From positions 1 through 6,327 of the forward strand of contig JAWBIX010000023.1 in the NCBI GenBank assembly GCA_038833255.1: a stretch of DNA of 6,327 nt, written 5' to 3'. The stretch is from Nanopusillaceae archaeon (GTDB taxonomy: Archaea > Nanobdellota > Nanobdellia > Nanobdellales > Nanobdellaceae). The notes under the pieces were generated by a model. That model did no database searches, was not told the origin of the DNA, and was given only the letters and a program-made list of their open reading frames with translations. The stretch's first letter is position 1, and each line of letters starts with the position of its first letter. The position numbers were made by a program, and so were the translations under genes. Below are positions 4,778 through 6,327 of the stretch, piece by piece.

Positions 4778-5086
4778 TTATTTTTTAACAACTTTCATTA
4801 ATAATTTAACATCTGGTGGAATTTGCAATCTCAAAAAATTCTTTATAAATCTATCATCATAAGCCACATCTATAAATCTTTTATATATTTTCATTTGGTA
4901 TGTTTCATAGATTTTTGTTCCTCTTTTTCCAAGAGTTCTCATAGATGGTACCCTCAAAATTTTTGTTGGAAGATTTACTGGTCCTCTTTTTTCAATTCCA
5001 AGCTGTTCAACTATTTTTATTATATCATTTGTAAATGAGTTTATAGAATCTAAATTCGTTCCCCAAATTTTTATTCTGAGATACAT
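4778..5086 (-). CDS. rps10: 30S ribosomal protein S10 (uS10)
   Basis: 102-aa ORF. LRIKIWGTN...I......I......G....GPVNLPTK.LRV...R.......T...YQMKIYKRFIDV fits the S10 family. It lies immediately downstream (23 nt) of EF-1 alpha, the conserved tuf-rps10 arrangement. Confidence 0.92.
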   Translation of the reverse strand: MYLRIKIWGTNLDSINSFTNDIIKIVEQLGIEKRGPVNLPTKILRVPSMRTLGKRGTKIYETYQMKIYKRFIDVAYDDRFIKNFLRLQIPPDVKLLMKVVKK

Positions 5087-5109
5087 TATTTAATTAAAAA
5101 ATAAAAAGG

Positions 5110-6327
5110 CTATTTTATTTCTACTTTCTTTTCTTTTATTTCCAATACTTGTCCTACTGCTATAGTTTTACCCATATCTCTAATTGCAAATCTTCCTAAA
5201 GATGTATTCGGAAAATCTTGATATCTTTCTGCTGCTAATGGTTTTAATGGAACTATTCTTACTATTGCTGCATCACCCGTCTTTAAAAATTGTGGATTTT
5301 TTTCTATTTCCTGACCTGTTCTAGGATCTATTTTTGCAACTATTTCTACAATTTTTGCTGGTACAGAAGCCGTATGTATGTGCAAAACTGGAGAATATCC
5401 AACAGCTATTGCTGAGGGATGCCATAATACAAATATTCTTGCAGTTAACTCTTCAACTAATTTGGGTAAAGGTTCATTTACTTTTCCTACTAAATCTCCT
5501 CTTCCAATATCTTGTTTTTCAATTCCCTTTACGTTAAATCCTATGTTATCTCCAGCTATTGCTTCTTCTATATCCTGATGATGCATTTGTATAGATTTCA
5601 CTTCTCCTAAAGCCCCATTTGGTTTTTTTGAAGGTAATATTATTATCCTATCTCCAGGTTTTAATTTTCCTGACTCTACTTTTCCAACAGGAACGGTACC
5701 TACTCCTTTTATAGAGTAAACATCTTCTATGGCTAATCTAAACGGTTTGTCTACTAGTCTTGGTGGTTCTTCAAGCAAATCTAAAGCTTCATATACGGTT
5801 GGACCTGTATACCATGGCATTTTTTCAGATCTTTGAACAATGTTATCTCCGTTGTATGCAGATATAGGAATTATTGCTTTTATATTCTTATTTGGATCAT
5901 ATCCTATACTTTTTGCCAAATTTATAACCATTTCTTTAACTTGTTCATATCTTTTTTGATCATAATTAACTGTATCCATTTTGTTTATTGCTACAATAAA
6001 TTGCGTAATTCCTAATGTTCTTATTAATAGCAAATGTTCTCTTCCTTGTCCTTCTGGTCCTAAAGCTGTTTCAGCCTCTCCAGGTTTTGCTGATACTACT
6101 AATATCGCTGCATCTGCCTGACTAGCACCAGTAATCATATTCTTAATGAAATCTCTGTGTCCTGGTAAATCTCCAAAAGTAATTTCATATTTTTTAGTTA
6201 CTAGTTTATAAAATGTTGGATCTATTGTCAATCCTCTTTCTCTTTCCTCTTTAGTTTTATCCATAACAAACGCGAACTCAAATGTTTCCTTTCCTAATTG
6301 TTTCGCTAACTCTTTTAACTGGTTCAA
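5110..6327 (-). CDS. tuf: Translation elongation factor EF-1 alpha (aEF-1A), N-terminal ~35 aa including the P-loop outside the window
   Basis: Matching motifs are FAFVMDKTKEERERGLTID, D.PGHRDFIKNMITGASQADAAILVVSA, EGQGREH, NKMD, MPWYTGPT, PFRLAIEDVYSIKGVGTVPVGKVESG and GRFAIRDMGKTIAVG. The stop is TAG at 5110..5112. The M at 6327 in the ORF track is a window-edge artefact (a TTG Leu codon); the ORF continues beyond the window. Confidence 0.97.
   Translation of the reverse strand: MNQLKELAKQLGKETFEFAFVMDKTKEERERGLTIDPTFYKLVTKKYEITFGDLPGHRDFIKNMITGASQADAAILVVSAKPGEAETALGPEGQGREHLLLIRTLGITQFIVAINKMDTVNYDQKRYEQVKEMVINLAKSIGYDPNKNIKAIIPISAYNGDNIVQRSEKMPWYTGPTVYEALDLLEEPPRLVDKPFRLAIEDVYSIKGVGTVPVGKVESGKLKPGDRIIILPSKKPNGALGEVKSIQMHHQDIEEAIAGDNIGFNVKGIEKQDIGRGDLVGKVNEPLPKLVEELTARIFVLWHPSAIAVGYSPVLHIHTASVPAKIVEIVAKIDPRTGQEIEKNPQFLKTGDAAIVRIVPLKPLAAERYQDFPNTSLGRFAIRDMGKTIAVGQVLEIKEKKVEIK

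Noticed and set aside
4854-4860. ATGATGA box C-like motif on the - strand
   Set aside because: It encodes YDD within S10. I found no downstream box D or C'/D' arrangement. None of the intergenic spacers is long enough to hold a 50-60 nt C/D sRNA.
4823-5038. 71-aa + strand ORF from the supplied track
   Set aside because: It is antisense to the S10 gene. The sequence is hydrophobic, low-complexity and has no recognisable motifs.
5575-5583. CTGATGATG (box D plus box C-like) on the + strand
   Set aside because: It is antisense to the EF-1 alpha codons for HHQ. It has no partner boxes and arises by chance from His/Gln codons.
5334-6015. Three + strand ORFs (5334..5537, 5378..5578, 5833..6015)
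   Set aside because: All are antisense shadows within the strongly conserved EF-1 alpha coding region. Two of them overlap each other in different frames.
6325-6327. Apparent Met start of EF-1 alpha at the window edge
   Set aside because: The codon is TTG (Leu), internal to the conserved EF-1 alpha N-terminal region. The P-loop GHVDHGKS segment is missing, so the gene continues past the window.
1-6327. Search for CRISPR repeats, IS/transposase remnants, integrase or att duplications flanking the tRNA, and toxin-antitoxin or defence genes
   Set aside because: Apart from the 1021..1128 coding repeat, I found no regularly spaced direct repeats. No duplicated tRNA 3' segment and no ORF with nuclease, transposase or integrase motifs turned up. 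Every long ORF is accounted for by a housekeeping family.

Overview
Very AT-rich archaeal chromosomal segment, tightly packed with information-processing genes. I see no mobile element, CRISPR array, toxin/defence module or rRNA. The + strand carries the 3' end of aIF-2 beta, a DUF424 protein and a short NMD3-like zinc protein, all chained by 4-nt GTGA/ATGA overlaps. These are followed by an unlisted 46-codon hyper-acidic Trp/Glu-repeat micro-ORF, aIF-1A and an intron-less tRNA-Trp(CCA). L21e lies on the - strand, diverging from rpoF and a DUF655 helix-hairpin-helix protein on the + strand. The rest is a - strand array running from the right edge: EF-1 alpha (5' end outside the window), S10, Nop5, fibrillarin and a small basic C2H2 zinc-finger protein. 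All other + strand ORFs in the supplied track from 3395 onward are antisense shadows of these conserved genes. Short genes, minimal spacers, no Shine-Dalgarno motifs and a GC-rich tRNA in an AT-rich background suggest a reduced-genome, possibly thermophilic archaeon (DPANN/Nanoarchaeota-like). That lineage call is inference only. The one element that is both unexplained and absent from the ORF track is the purine-rich W/E repeat ORF at 991..1131, which sits in the only large gap of the window. The C2H2 protein downstream of nop5-flpA and the half-length NMD3 are secondary points of interest. Most of the window is ordinary housekeeping.
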